A DNA stretch of 63,774 nt, the filler included, from Reticulomyxa filosa (Eukaryota > Protista > Foraminifera): NCBI GenBank assembly GCA_000512085.1. It is 18 parts of 18 records of this genome, joined end to end, with 100 filler letters (N's around TTAATTAATTAA, not from the genome) between each part and the next. Parts side by side here need not be neighbours in the genome. Positions count along the whole stretch, not along the records: positions 37,331 to 38,714 come from ASPP01018274.1; positions 38,815 to 40,281 come from ASPP01001385.1; positions 40,382 to 41,401 come from ASPP01012414.1; positions 41,502 to 48,077 come from ASPP01018316.1; 14 more parts are not named here. One strand, given 5' to 3'. A program made the translations under genes and the position numbers. Positions 37,553-48,177 of the stretch are shown piece by piece (position 1 is the first letter of the stretch; every line of letters starts with the position of its first letter). Under the pieces are notes generated by a model. The model was given only the letters and a program-made list of their open reading frames with translations, had not been told where the DNA came from and ran no database searches.

Positions 37553-38226
37553 CTACACCCATCCACGCTCCGCCAGCGATTCGGCGTGCGCACCCGTTAC
37601 CACGATATGGTCCAGCAAACAGATATCGACCAACTGCAAGGCCTGCTTGAGACGGACGGTGACGGCCTGGTCTGCCGCCGACGGCTCGGCCACCCCGGAC
37701 GGGTCGGTTGTGTGCCACGATGACCGCCGCCGCATGGTGAAACAAAGCCCGCCGCACGACTTCCCGCGGGTAGACCCGGGTTTCGGTCAACGAGCCACGG
37801 CTTAACTCTTCGACTGCCAGCACCCGGTTTTGTGCCGACAGGAACACCACGTAAAACACCTCTACCGGCTGCTGGCCGATGGTCAGTCGTAAATAAGCGG
37901 CTGACCGCCTCGGGGCTATCCAGCACGTCGGCGTCGGCCATTTGCTCAGCCAGCAGGCGGCGTGCCAGCTCGTGCATCGCCATGAACTGCACGTACTTGG
38001 CCGGGCCCAGCCCCGCCTGCTGCTGAACGCTTCCGGGCTGGCACTCAGCACCGCCCCAGGCTACCAAAGCGTTGCATCATCAATCTGGCCATATCAACAG
38101 CCGAGCAACCCTTGATGCCTGTTCTTAAGAATATCGCCAGCAATTCGGCATCTGACAAGGTATGAGCACCATGTGACAACAGTTTTTCGCGCGGACGCTC
38201 GTCCGCTGGCCGTCGCTGATCGGCAT
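37553..38226 (-). CDS. radC: RadC/UPF0758 JAB-domain protein (several frameshifts, probably read errors)
   Basis: Stitched frames: [77 protein letters not shown]. Confidence 0.9.
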
Positions 38227-38372
38227 TGCACTCTCCGGCATGACAACAGCAGGCAGTGTGCGTGGCGAGCGGCTATCGTTAAAACCGGGTTTGACGCCTG
38301 CCAGCACGGGCTGGGTGCAGGTGCAGCATTAGGCTACAATTACGCCTCGCATCACGACAGGCAGGCAGCAAC

Positions 38373-38714
38373 ATGGCTCAGAAACGCATCCTTCTTGGCA
38401 TTACCGGCGGCATCGCTGCCTATAAATCGGCAGAGCTTACCCGGCTGCTGGTCAAGGCTGGCCATCACGTAGAAGTGGTGATGAGCGAGGCCGCTACCCG
38501 CTTTGTGACCCCGGCCACCTTCCAGGCACTGTCCGGCAACGCGGTCTACAGTGACATCTGGGACCCGCGCCCGCACAACGCGATGGCGCATATCGAGATG
38601 TCGCGCCGTGCCGACGTGTTCCTGATCGTACCGGCCACTGCCGACTGTATTTTCAAGCTGGCACACGGTGCGAGTGACGACCTGATCAGCACCATGGCCG
38701 CGGCCCGTACCTGC
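38373..38714 (+). CDS. coaBC: Bifunctional phosphopantothenoylcysteine decarboxylase/synthase, N-terminal part
   Basis: KRILLGITGGIAAYKS..FVTPATFQALSG..MAHIE..PATAD..KLAHG..DDL; divergent from radC, as is typical in proteobacteria. Confidence 0.95.
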
Positions 38715-39681
38715 NNNNNNNNNNNNNNNNNNNNNNNNNNNNNNNNNNNNNNNNNNNNTTAATTAATTAANNNNNNNNNNNNNNNNNNNNNNNNNNNNNN
38801 NNNNNNNNNNNNNNATTTGTTGATATTATCAAATCGAAAATTTATTAAAATAAAAATTCTTATTACGTAGCTGATTTGATGCCAAATCTGTTTTGAACTT
38901 TACATAATTTTCATGTCATGTAAATCTTTGTTCACAAAAACAATAAAATAATTTATCGAAAAAGTAAAAGCAGTGAATTGATAATATTTTCATTATATGT
39001 GTCCAATCTGAACAAATACAATTTTGACGTGCAACAGAATGTTTTTACTAAATCACGACAAATCGCAAGTCAATGACTATTTTTTTCATATTGAATCAAA
39101 CAAAAATTAAACAATACTATTTTACAGACAAAAAATATATAATAAATGTCATTGACACAAATTTATATCTTGTATAACATATTGGTAATAATTTTCTTGT
39201 AGATAACTTGTTTTTCGCAACTGATATGTTGATATTTCCAACTAGTTGGCGTTTGCGGCTCAGTTGACATTGCGGTTACTAAAAAATTTTGTGTCAAAAC
39301 TTTAAAACTTGCAAAAGAGACAGAATGACGACATATAACAAAATAAAAAAAAATGAACTAGCCCCATTCAGTAGGTTTTAGCTCTCAAATTTTCATATCA
39401 TCGTAGTTTTGCCTTTTATCTCTTCTACCTTTTGCCCAAAGGATAAGGACAAAATTTCGATATATAATTGATTGCTGTCACTCTGTTTTACTGATACGTT
39501 AATTAATCTTTGGAAACAAATATTACTTTCAGAAATTCGGAATATTGCAAAAAATAAGACACGTTACCGAAAACGAACTTTTCTTTTGCTAAAAGGGCTT
39601 TTAATTAAAGTTCTTTTTGGTGAAATATTTAGCTCAAAGTTTTTATACAATTTATTCTTTATTATCCCTTGATAGTAGAAG

Positions 39682-40205
39682 ATGAATATTAAAATACCAA
39701 ACAATTCTGTCAGTAATGACAATAGCAAAGAACAGTTAGAAGAGAGAGAAAAAGTTTTGTCATTAATTCGAAAGGCAGAGGACAAGAGATTAGCAAAGCG
39801 AAAAATAATTCAATTTTTGAAGCGAAAAGGAGTGATAGAAGCAAAGCTTATTGAAGCCTACCAGCAATACTATATCGATGAGGTACGCGAAAATAATATT
39901 TTGTATTTTTTTTTTTCCCTGGCCATGGCAAAAAAAGCATATTATTTGTTGTGTGGCATTGAATACAGAAAATGTATGAAATAACGTTTGCAGAGCGTCC
40001 GTTGGGCTTTAGTGTGATCATGGACACCCGAGGTAAAAATGCGATAGTGTCATCGATCCAAAACGCAGAGAACACTAAGATGGGGATGAAAATCGCGTCT
40101 CGAATGTACGAAGTGAACGGACAAAGGGTCGATGGTCTAAAATACAAAGAAATATTGAAAATTGTGGATTCCTTCAAGTGTCCTTTTTACATTGTTTTCA
40201 AAGAG
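39682..40205 (+). CDS. Pex14N-like helix bundle + PDZ-like domain protein (partial)
   Basis: KRKIIQFLKRKGVIEAKLIEAY; YEITFAERPLGFSV..IVSSI..G.KIAS..YEVNG.RVDGL; intron ~39883-39968. Confidence 0.7.
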
Positions 40206-40486
40206 GTACATTTTTTTTTTTTTTTTTTTTTTTATGTAGGCCGGGTTTTTAGTCTCAAAGAAAAGAGAGAGAGAGAGAGAGNNNNNNNNNNNNNNNNNNN
40301 NNNNNNNNNNNNNNNNNNNNNNNNNTTAATTAATTAANNNNNNNNNNNNNNNNNNNNNNNNNNNNNNNNNNNNNNNNNNNNAAGTTATATATACGTATAT
40401 ATTTTTAATGCACGTGTAATGCGAAAGTGGCATTTTTTTGGGTATAGTCTCTCTCTCTCTCTTTCTCTTGCATGCACGCCCTCCTC

Positions 40487-41347
40487 TCACCCATCTCTAG
40501 TGCCATTGTTGACTTGATTATTTAACAAGGCTTTCTGCTTGATTTGGAGCCTTTGTATCATTCCGGTGATCCGTATCATCCGCAGCAGTGCATAGACAAT
40601 GACAGCGAACAAGAACAGAATGCCATTGTAAGTCTCGGACTGGTACAGCAACAGGTTGTCGTGTTGTTGTTCGGTGATCAGTTGATACAGCAAATAGCAA
40701 GCCAAGCCAATATCAAGAATGACCAGAGCGCCGACAAAAATTTCTTGGCGAGTGGAAATGATAAGGCCTTTGGAATACAAATACGAGCGCATTTCGACCC
40801 AAGACAAGGCATTGGATTGACGAAAAAACGACAAGTACGGCAACCCCCTGTGGATCGCAAATTCCGGGTCCAACAGCGACGTCACATCGTCCATCCATTC
40901 GACATAGTTTTGTAAGCCACTCATCAATTGCATTTGCAGAACCAAGGCCAGCACGAACACCAGCAGCAAATTCGTGACAAAGGCCGAGACGACCACTTCA
41001 AAGTGGAGAACATCGGAAGGCCAAAACTTGCGTCCCGAAAGTGCGCGCGTGACTCCGGGGATTAACGAATACACAATGGACACGCAAGTGGCAATCAGCA
41101 ATCGATCCCAAGTGGCCTCCAGTCGGTGGATTTCTAAAGTGGATTTGCTAAAGCCGCGTAAAAACACGTACGCCGTTGTCCTTAGCGATTCTTCGCTGCC
41201 AAAGTATAGCACAAACGGACGCAACTCCAACATATTGGGCACCTCTGGAGTTATTCTCGTTTCCGTTGCGACATAGAACGCCAATATCACCCACGTGGCC
41301 GCCCATAATAGCAGTGGTCCCAAATACTCCATCACTGACATATCCAA
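40487..41347 (-). CDS. Multi-pass membrane protein, internal exon, function unknown
   Basis: 286-aa open frame with ~5 hydrophobic segments, flanked by AT-rich intron-like sequence. Confidence 0.7.
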   Translation of the reverse strand: MDMSVMEYLGPLLLWAATWVILAFYVATETRITPEVPNMLELRPFVLYFGSEESLRTTAYVFLRGFSKSTLEIHRLEATWDRLLIATCVSIVYSLIPGVTRALSGRKFWPSDVLHFEVVVSAFVTNLLLVFVLALVLQMQLMSGLQNYVEWMDDVTSLLDPEFAIHRGLPYLSFFRQSNALSWVEMRSYLYSKGLIISTRQEIFVGALVILDIGLACYLLYQLITEQQHDNLLLYQSETYNGILFLFAVIVYALLRMIRITGMIQRLQIKQKALLNNQVNNGTRDG

Positions 41348-41501
41348 GTTATCTATTTTTAATAGATAACATTACGTATTTTTTTTTTTTTTTTTTTTTT
41401 TNNNNNNNNNNNNNNNNNNNNNNNNNNNNNNNNNNNNNNNNNNNNTTAATTAATTAANNNNNNNNNNNNNNNNNNNNNNNNNNNNNNNNNNNNNNNNNNN
41501 N

Positions 41502-41832
41502 TATTACTTTCTAAACGGGATGCTATACTTCTTATTTGTTGATAACTTCCACTATGACCTGGAACAAATATCACTTTCAATGTTTTTTTATTTTTTCCTT
41601 CTTGTCTGAATTTTTTTCCTTCAACATATTTATATACATTATATCCAGAAGGATATAACATATCCCTTCCAATATTTGAAGAATTATCAATAGATGTTAT
41701 CAATGTGTACTGGGGACGAGACCAAGACATTGAACATGTACTTGAAGGCAGAAGTCTGGTCACATACAACACTGAATACAATAAACAACACAAACTCAAA
41801 CAACTCAACAAAGCATAAAAGTATCGAGCCAT
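41502..41832 (-). CDS. PGAP1: GPI inositol-deacylase PGAP1/Bst1-like, N-terminal fragment
   Basis: N-terminal TM, CSMSWSRPQY, VIFVPGHSGSYQQIRSIAS. Confidence 0.85.
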
Positions 41833-42077
41833 TCTTCCTTTTAAGTTTTTTATTATCTTTTCTTTTGTTAAAAATTCTTTTTAACTTTCTGGCTCCCTTT
41901 ACACACGTAAACTTTGTCTCCTACTCAGCACATTTCTGATATTTTCTCATTGCCAGTATTTAAAATTTAAATTCTATCCAATATAATTTATTTGATAAAG
42001 CATAGCAACAAAATCAAAACACGTTGTAAAAGTAGCAAGTTTGCAAAAAAAAGTCGCTTAAAAATCTAAAAGTGAAA

Positions 42078-43438
42078 ATGACGTCAAATTCAAATGAGGA
42101 GAGCAATGTCGATAAACCAAAACCAAGTAATGCGCTTCTAAGTCAGTTGGCAGATGGTAAACAACTTCGCAAAACGACAACACGAGTGAGGACAAGAGAC
42201 GGAAAGTTAATATCATTGACAACTGCCAGTCAAAGTGACTAATGTGCTCATGCTTCACACATAACTTGCAGAATATTTGAAGAAGAGCGAAAAGATGACG
42301 GGTCAACTGTCATCAAAGTTTGGTTCTCTTTGATGCATATCTATTCTTTTTTTTAATCCAGTGAAAAGTAACCCAACGAAACATGATAAAAGTCGCAAAA
42401 TCGGGAGCCAATCCCAGCGTATTTGGATGAAAGCACTAGTGCAACGAAGACATTGCCAATCTATACGTTCGATGTCAAAAAGGGCAGATGGATAGGAAAA
42501 AGCGAGGAATCAACGACTTCCACAAAGACAAAAGTGAAATCAAGCGATGACAAAAAGGAGAAGCCGGTGGAAACGACAACCGATAACAATATCAAGGAAT
42601 TGGTAATAATTAGCTTCAACGTATGGTTTGCAAATGAAAAGTGGCAAGAGAGACAACAAAAGCTCTTACAAATATTGAAAGGAAAAAATCCGGATATTAT
42701 TTGTTTGCAAGAAGTAACGCCCAGATTTATGGAAGGCTTTTGCAAAGGTATTTCAAAAAAAAATAAAAAAATATGCAAAAAAAAAAAAAAAAAGCCCCCC
42801 TTTTTAATGCATGTAGACAACTTCATTTGTGAGGGATATGATATAAGCGACAATATGGTTGGCAACACGGTGAACCCGTATGGTGTCCTAATCGCCACTC
42901 GCAAAAAGACAGTCCCAATGACCCGATTGGAAATTAGCTCGCTACCATCCAACATGGCTCGACGTTTGGTATCCGCGAAAGTTGGTCCCTATGACTGGTG
43001 GATCAATACTGTTCATTTGGAGAGCTTAAATAATACTCCCTACCGCGTTGCACAGCTCAAATTGATTTTCAATGATTACATGGGCAAAGTTATCTGAATA
43101 TTTTATTTTGTTTTTGTACGCATGGGACAAACTAAAAAACAAAACAAAAAAAAAAGCAAGGAGAGAACTGCATGTTGATGGGTGATTTCAATTTTGGTGA
43201 AAGAGATGAAGAAAATGCACATCTCTCAAAAAATTTTTTGGATTGTTGGACCGAGTTTGCGCAACAAAAGAAATTGTCTCCCAAAATGGGAGCGACGTGT
43301 GTTGGTGAACGCTACGACAGAATTGTAGTGAAGTGGGACAAGAAGAGCCCATGGAAAATAACCCATTTCGAAAAGTTAGGGGGACACAATATGCCGTCCG
43401 ATCATCTAGGCATTTGTGCAATTTTAACAAAAGACTGA
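42078..43438 (+). CDS. TDP2-like endonuclease/exonuclease/phosphatase (EEP) with N-terminal WH2-like motif
   Basis: SFNVWF, PDIICLQEVT, PYGV, LPSNMAR, VHLES, MGDFN, RYDRI, PSDHLG. Upstream exons 42078-42205 and 42272-42317 splice in frame via GT-AG. Confidence 0.85.
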
Positions 43439-43757
43439 CATGTGTTTATAAGAGAAGGTCTTTTTTGTGTTGGCAATCTCATGTTTAGAATTTTATTGAG
43501 TAAACCAATATTTTTTTGACTGTCCAACTTTGAACATCCTCTACATTCTTTATGTTCTAGTTTTTTAGACTTGTATTAAACACAAAAACAAACTAGCCCG
43601 CTAAAAAAAAAGGATGCAAAGAGTATTTGAAGCATCCATTACAACAAAAGAACACAGATTGAAAGAGAGGGGGCAAGAAAAAATAAAAAATTAAAAAATT
43701 TAAAAAACTCTAAAATTAAAATTCTTTCCCTCTTTTTTTTTTTCCCGCTTTGTTTTC

Positions 43758-45183
43758 TTATTTTTCGTCGAACACTTGGTATCTATGTCTCATCCACAAA
43801 CTGTCTTGAAGACAATTTGGCTCAGCTTTTTTTTGTTTTTTACTGTCCATGGTCTTGTCTTCAGAGGCGAGTGGAGCGGACAGGACACAAATTTCATCAA
43901 ACTGATGTGTGGAATGAACACACTGTTGTAGCAGCACATCGATTTCACTTTGATCTCGACACGAGTCTCTTTCGCCGCCATCAGTTTGCACGGACGTATT
44001 ATCCCAATGAATTACAACATGTGTTTGCCTTTTGGAGGCATCACAACAAAGATTTCTGTTGTAATCGCCATTGAGGCCATCCTCGTGCTTGTCTGTATCA
44101 CTTTTCAAGGGTTCATCATCTCTTTCACCTTCATGTTTTTGTTTTGTTGTCGGTTGTCGCAACGGATAAGTGGCTCGTGAAACAATCAAAGTGTTGCACC
44201 AAAAAAAAAAAAAGTTGAGATTAGATTCGATTCGATTCGATTTTTTTGGATGAAAAGTGCAAAAATAATAAACTTGGAAAGAAATTGTTGGGACGAGACA
44301 GATTGACATGATACGTTTTGCCTTTTGAAATGTGTTGTTTGAAATGGACAAGTTTGATCTTATTCGGGTCTGTGTCACGTTGTTTTTGTTTTTGTGTTTG
44401 TGTTTGCGGACGAATGACAGGAGAATGGATGGGCTTCATGTCCAATTGTCGAAACGGATAACGTATTTTGTTTGGGAAGCAGCAATCGACACATTGTGCC
44501 TTATTGGCGCAGCGGTTGATCCACTTGGGAATGGACACATGTAGCAACTGATGTACCAAATCCTCGCTAAAATGATTGCAATTGTTATACAATAAGTCAT
44601 AGTTTTTGGCGAGATATTGCTCTCGCAACTTGTCCAACTTTTTTTCCAATTCTCGTAACGACATCAACTTTACTCCCATCGATACGCTCGTTCGCAGTCG
44701 AGTACCTTTTTTGTTTCAAACAAAACAAGTCAGTTGCAATTACAAATCAAATCAAATTCTATTCACAACCTACCCTCGGGTGCTTTCTTCGGAATATTTG
44801 TAAATACACCCGTCGCTTCTGAATGTGGATTGCCACCATACGCATATTCCAAATTCATTTGGACTCGGCCATTTTTGATGACTCAGACTTCAAATATTGA
44901 TCGGTCGTTGATGAATACCTTTTTCCATTTCCAACGTCTTCATCTCCCTTTCTCTTTCCTTTTCTCTTTCCCTTTTTCTTCTTCTTCCCACTCTCACAAG
45001 ATCAAACGACTTCTTCTTCTCCATTCTTCTTTCCTTTTCACTGTCCGACGTCTTCAATTCCACGCCGGAGTGATAGACCCCTAGTCCCATCCAGTGCAAA
45101 TATTTGTTGCTCTCGGTCAAATCATACACATTCACTATCACTTCTATCAAGACCCGTGAGGAAATATGACTTTGCTTTGACAT
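43758..45183 (-). CDS. PPPDE/DeSI (C97) deubiquitinase/desumoylase, multi-exon
   Basis: VIVNVYDL..GLGVYHSGVE, EYAYGG, YDLLYNNCNHFS, IPKWINR. Confidence 0.9.
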
Positions 45184-45846
45184 AGACACTACTGTTTATT
45201 GCCTCTAAATGAGGAGATTGATAAAGATTAATCAATTTATTATTTCAAAAAATCTAGACATGAACCTATCTATACTTACTCACTATTTTGTTCGTCTTTG
45301 CATTTAAAAACATTCTTTGGGCACAGTCAAGACTGGGTAAAATTTTAATGAAAAAATCATCACATTCTTTTTTTGTGATATGCTGTGGTGACGTCATAAG
45401 TTATTTTTTTGAAAAGATATATATTTCGCGATTTTTTAAAACATATGACATGAATGCGCTTGTCAAAAATTCATTTAAAAAGAATCATGTATCTGAAAAC
45501 TCAAGGTTATCGTGCAAAAACGGTCAAACATGTCAGCCAGCTGAGGTAAACACTTTGTGAAATTGGATTTTTTTTGAAGACTGGCACTGGATAATCGCAA
45601 TTCGAAATTAAAAAAATGTTTATTGCTTGTAAAACAGCAAAACAAACACAATGTCGGGAAACAAGAGAATTCAAAGCAAAATGAAATATCATTGGAACCG
45701 AAAAAATCAAACAAACAAATAACGAATGAAGAAAACATTATGTTTGCAAATCCTAAGTTTTTTACAGCGCTTTTCTAATCCTAAGTCTGACAAAGAGTAT
45801 CCATAGTTTGTTGTGGGGAATATAACCAAATTAAACAAAAAGAAAG

Positions 45847-47373
45847 CTAGATCATTCAAATGTATATCGAAACAATGTAGATAAAAGCAAAGAAAGACTG
45901 AATTTGAACGGAAGAAATATGGAGATGTGCCCAATACTTGAAGGAGAGGAAGAATTGAGGCTATTGAATTATGAAAATAATTTGATAACACATATAAGCA
46001 ACTTGGATAACTTACCCAATTTGATATTTCTGGATTTACATAACAACAAGATCGAAAAGATAGAAGGATTGGAGACACTCAAGCTATTGCGCGTATTAAT
46101 GCTTGGAAAAAATTGCATTTCAAAAATTGTTGGGTTGGATAACTTGTTACATTTAGATGTTTTAGACCTGCATGAAAACAAAATCAGTACAATTGAAAAT
46201 TTAAATAAATTGTCAAATTTGAGAATACTGAATTTATCTTTTAATGAAATTGTCGCAATTGAGAACATAAGTGATCTACAATCACTTGTTGAAATTAATT
46301 TGAGTGACAACGCAATTGTAGCTTTGGATGAACACACATCTTTTCGGCAACATAACAAACTTGAAAAAATTTTCTTATCAAACAACAGGATTGATGAACA
46401 ACAATTGCATTGCTTAATTTCCACACTTAAGACAGAGTGTCCAAATTTGGAACAACTGACCTTTGATGAAAATCCACAGCTGCTTTCTGCATATCGAAAG
46501 AAATGTTTTTCAAATCTAAAACAACTCAAAAAGTTGAACAATGCTCTAATCTCGACAAAAATGAGAGCACTTGTATTGCAAGAAGAAAGCGAAAGAAAAC
46601 ATTCCAGTTTAGATGGACGGTCAATTTCATCCATTATAGCTCAAATCGAAAAGGAATGGGTAGATTCCAAACTCAAAAAAACAAGAACCTACCACAGTGA
46701 ACTAAGTACCGATCAAAAGATTTTAAGATGTTACGGATGCAATATTCCGATGAAATTTAAAAATAGTTTCTCCAATTTGACCGAAATTCATTTTTATTTT
46801 ATTGAATTCACCTCCTTTCAAAAACAACTCACATTTATTAAAAGTTTGCGAAAATTGGAAAGTTTATTGCTGAGCAATAACAACATAGATTCATTTGGTC
46901 AAATCCAATTGTTGTCTATTGTTAGTCAATTGAAAAGTATTTCCTTTCAAAATAATGATATTAGTAATCTACCATTATATCGACATTTTATTATTTCCTT
47001 TTTCCCAAATATTCACAGCATTGACAACCTTCCGATCTCAGAATTAGAAAAATTGGAGTCCTCGGAGTATTTTCAATATTTCAAACAACATTTGTATGTT
47101 AAAGCTTCTATTTCCAATGATCACCAGTCCAATTTCTTTCATCATCCATCCTGTTATCAACATTTACCTCTTGTCAATTTTGATACTATTATTCATCATT
47201 TGCCAGATAATGACAAATTTCCTACGGATAAGGACTCGCCTTTGGAGCAGGAAATTACAAAACGGGAAACCAATCAAGTTTTGTTCAAACACAAATTGCA
47301 AAGAGTATGGCAAAAGGTCATGCTTGAGTGCGTTGATCAAGTATTTGATGAATTGTCTTCGAGTTTTGCTTAA
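45847..47373 (+). CDS. SDS22-type leucine-rich repeat protein, LRRC49-like (upstream exon(s) unresolved)
   Basis: ERLNL..CPILEGEEELRLLNY.NN.I, LIFLDL.NN.I, LRVLMLGKN.I, LDVLDLH.N.I; second LRR block. Confidence 0.85.
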   Translation, partial: LDHSNVYRNNVDKSKERLNLNGRNMEMCPILEGEEELRLLNYENNLITHISNLDNLPNLIFLDLHNNKIEKIEGLETLKLLRVLMLGKNCISKIVGLDNLLHLDVLDLHENKISTIENLNKLSNLRILNLSFNEIVAIENISDLQSLVEINLSDNAIVALDEHTSFRQHNKLEKIFLSNNRIDEQQLHCLISTLKTECPNLEQLTFDENPQLLSAYRKKCFSNLKQLKKLNNALISTKMRALVLQEESERKHSSLDGRSISSIIAQIEKEWVDSKLKKTRTYHSELSTDQKILRCYGCNIPMKFKNSFSNLTEIHFYFIEFTSFQKQLTFIKSLRKLESLLLSNNNIDSFGQIQLLSIVSQLKSISFQNNDISNLPLYRHFIISFFPNIHSIDNLPISELEKLESSEYFQYFKQHLYVKASISNDHQSNFFHHPSCYQHLPLVNFDTIIHHLPDNDKFPTDKDSPLEQEITKRETNQVLFKHKLQRVWQKVMLECVDQVFDELSSSFA

Positions 47374-47700
47374 AATTTACTTTTTTAATTATATCCATCC
47401 TATTTTATCGTTTCACTTATGAAAATTAACATAAAAAATGTCAGTCTTATGATCAGTAGCACATTTTCTTCAACTACAAAAAACTTCTTACAAAAGTGTA
47501 AGAGTGGAGGATGACTTAAAACAAAGCCGTCAGAAAATAAATTAGTAATTATTTGAGATAACAACAAATACAAAACAACTAACCGTTATGAAAAATATTA
47601 ATGTAAACAATAAATTATTGTAGAATTTTTTCAGGTTTTTTTCAGAAAAAAAGAAGTCTAGTTTGTGAGAAAAAGTAACAAGTAGTTACCATCAAAGAAG

Positions 47701-48069
47701 ATGACTGAAACTAAAAGTGAAACCTTGAAAATACCTCATGATAACTCTTTCCTGTCTGTTGGGAGTGTAGCTAACTCTGGTGCACGCACAGAACATATTG
47801 CATTGGCAAATAAAATTTTATCTGATATTGAAACAAAAGATAAAAAAAGAGCAGAAGAGATATTAAAAACATTTACAAAACAAGTGCAAATGAATAATAT
47901 TGAAAAGGATGAAAAAGAAACAGTAATAAGAATTCCTGTATGGAGAAATTCATTAATTCCATCAAAAAGTGTAAATGAAGAAACACAAAATGATATTATA
48001 GCAAATGTATCATCAATGTTGAATCAAAGTAGTGTACAAATAAAAGAAATAAAAATGCAGTTAAAATGA
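47701..48069 (+). CDS. Hypothetical protein (possibly partial)
   Basis: 122-aa ATG ORF in AT-rich DNA; no recognised motif. Confidence 0.45.
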   Translation: MTETKSETLKIPHDNSFLSVGSVANSGARTEHIALANKILSDIETKDKKRAEEILKTFTKQVQMNNIEKDEKETVIRIPVWRNSLIPSKSVNEETQNDIIANVSSMLNQSSVQIKEIKMQLK

Positions 48070-48177
48070 AATATGTANNNNNNNNNNNNNNNNNNNNNNN
48101 NNNNNNNNNNNNNNNNNNNNNTTAATTAATTAANNNNNNNNNNNNNNNNNNNNNNNNNNNNNNNNNNNNNNNNNNNN

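Noticed and set aside
37331-38714. Anti-phage or mobile-element island suggested by radC
   Set aside because: This is the full-length housekeeping-type radC next to coaBC; no defence genes are visible.
45969-46634. Long antisense ORFs over the LRR, USP, EEP and FGD genes
   Set aside because: Shadow frames of real genes with no independent motifs.
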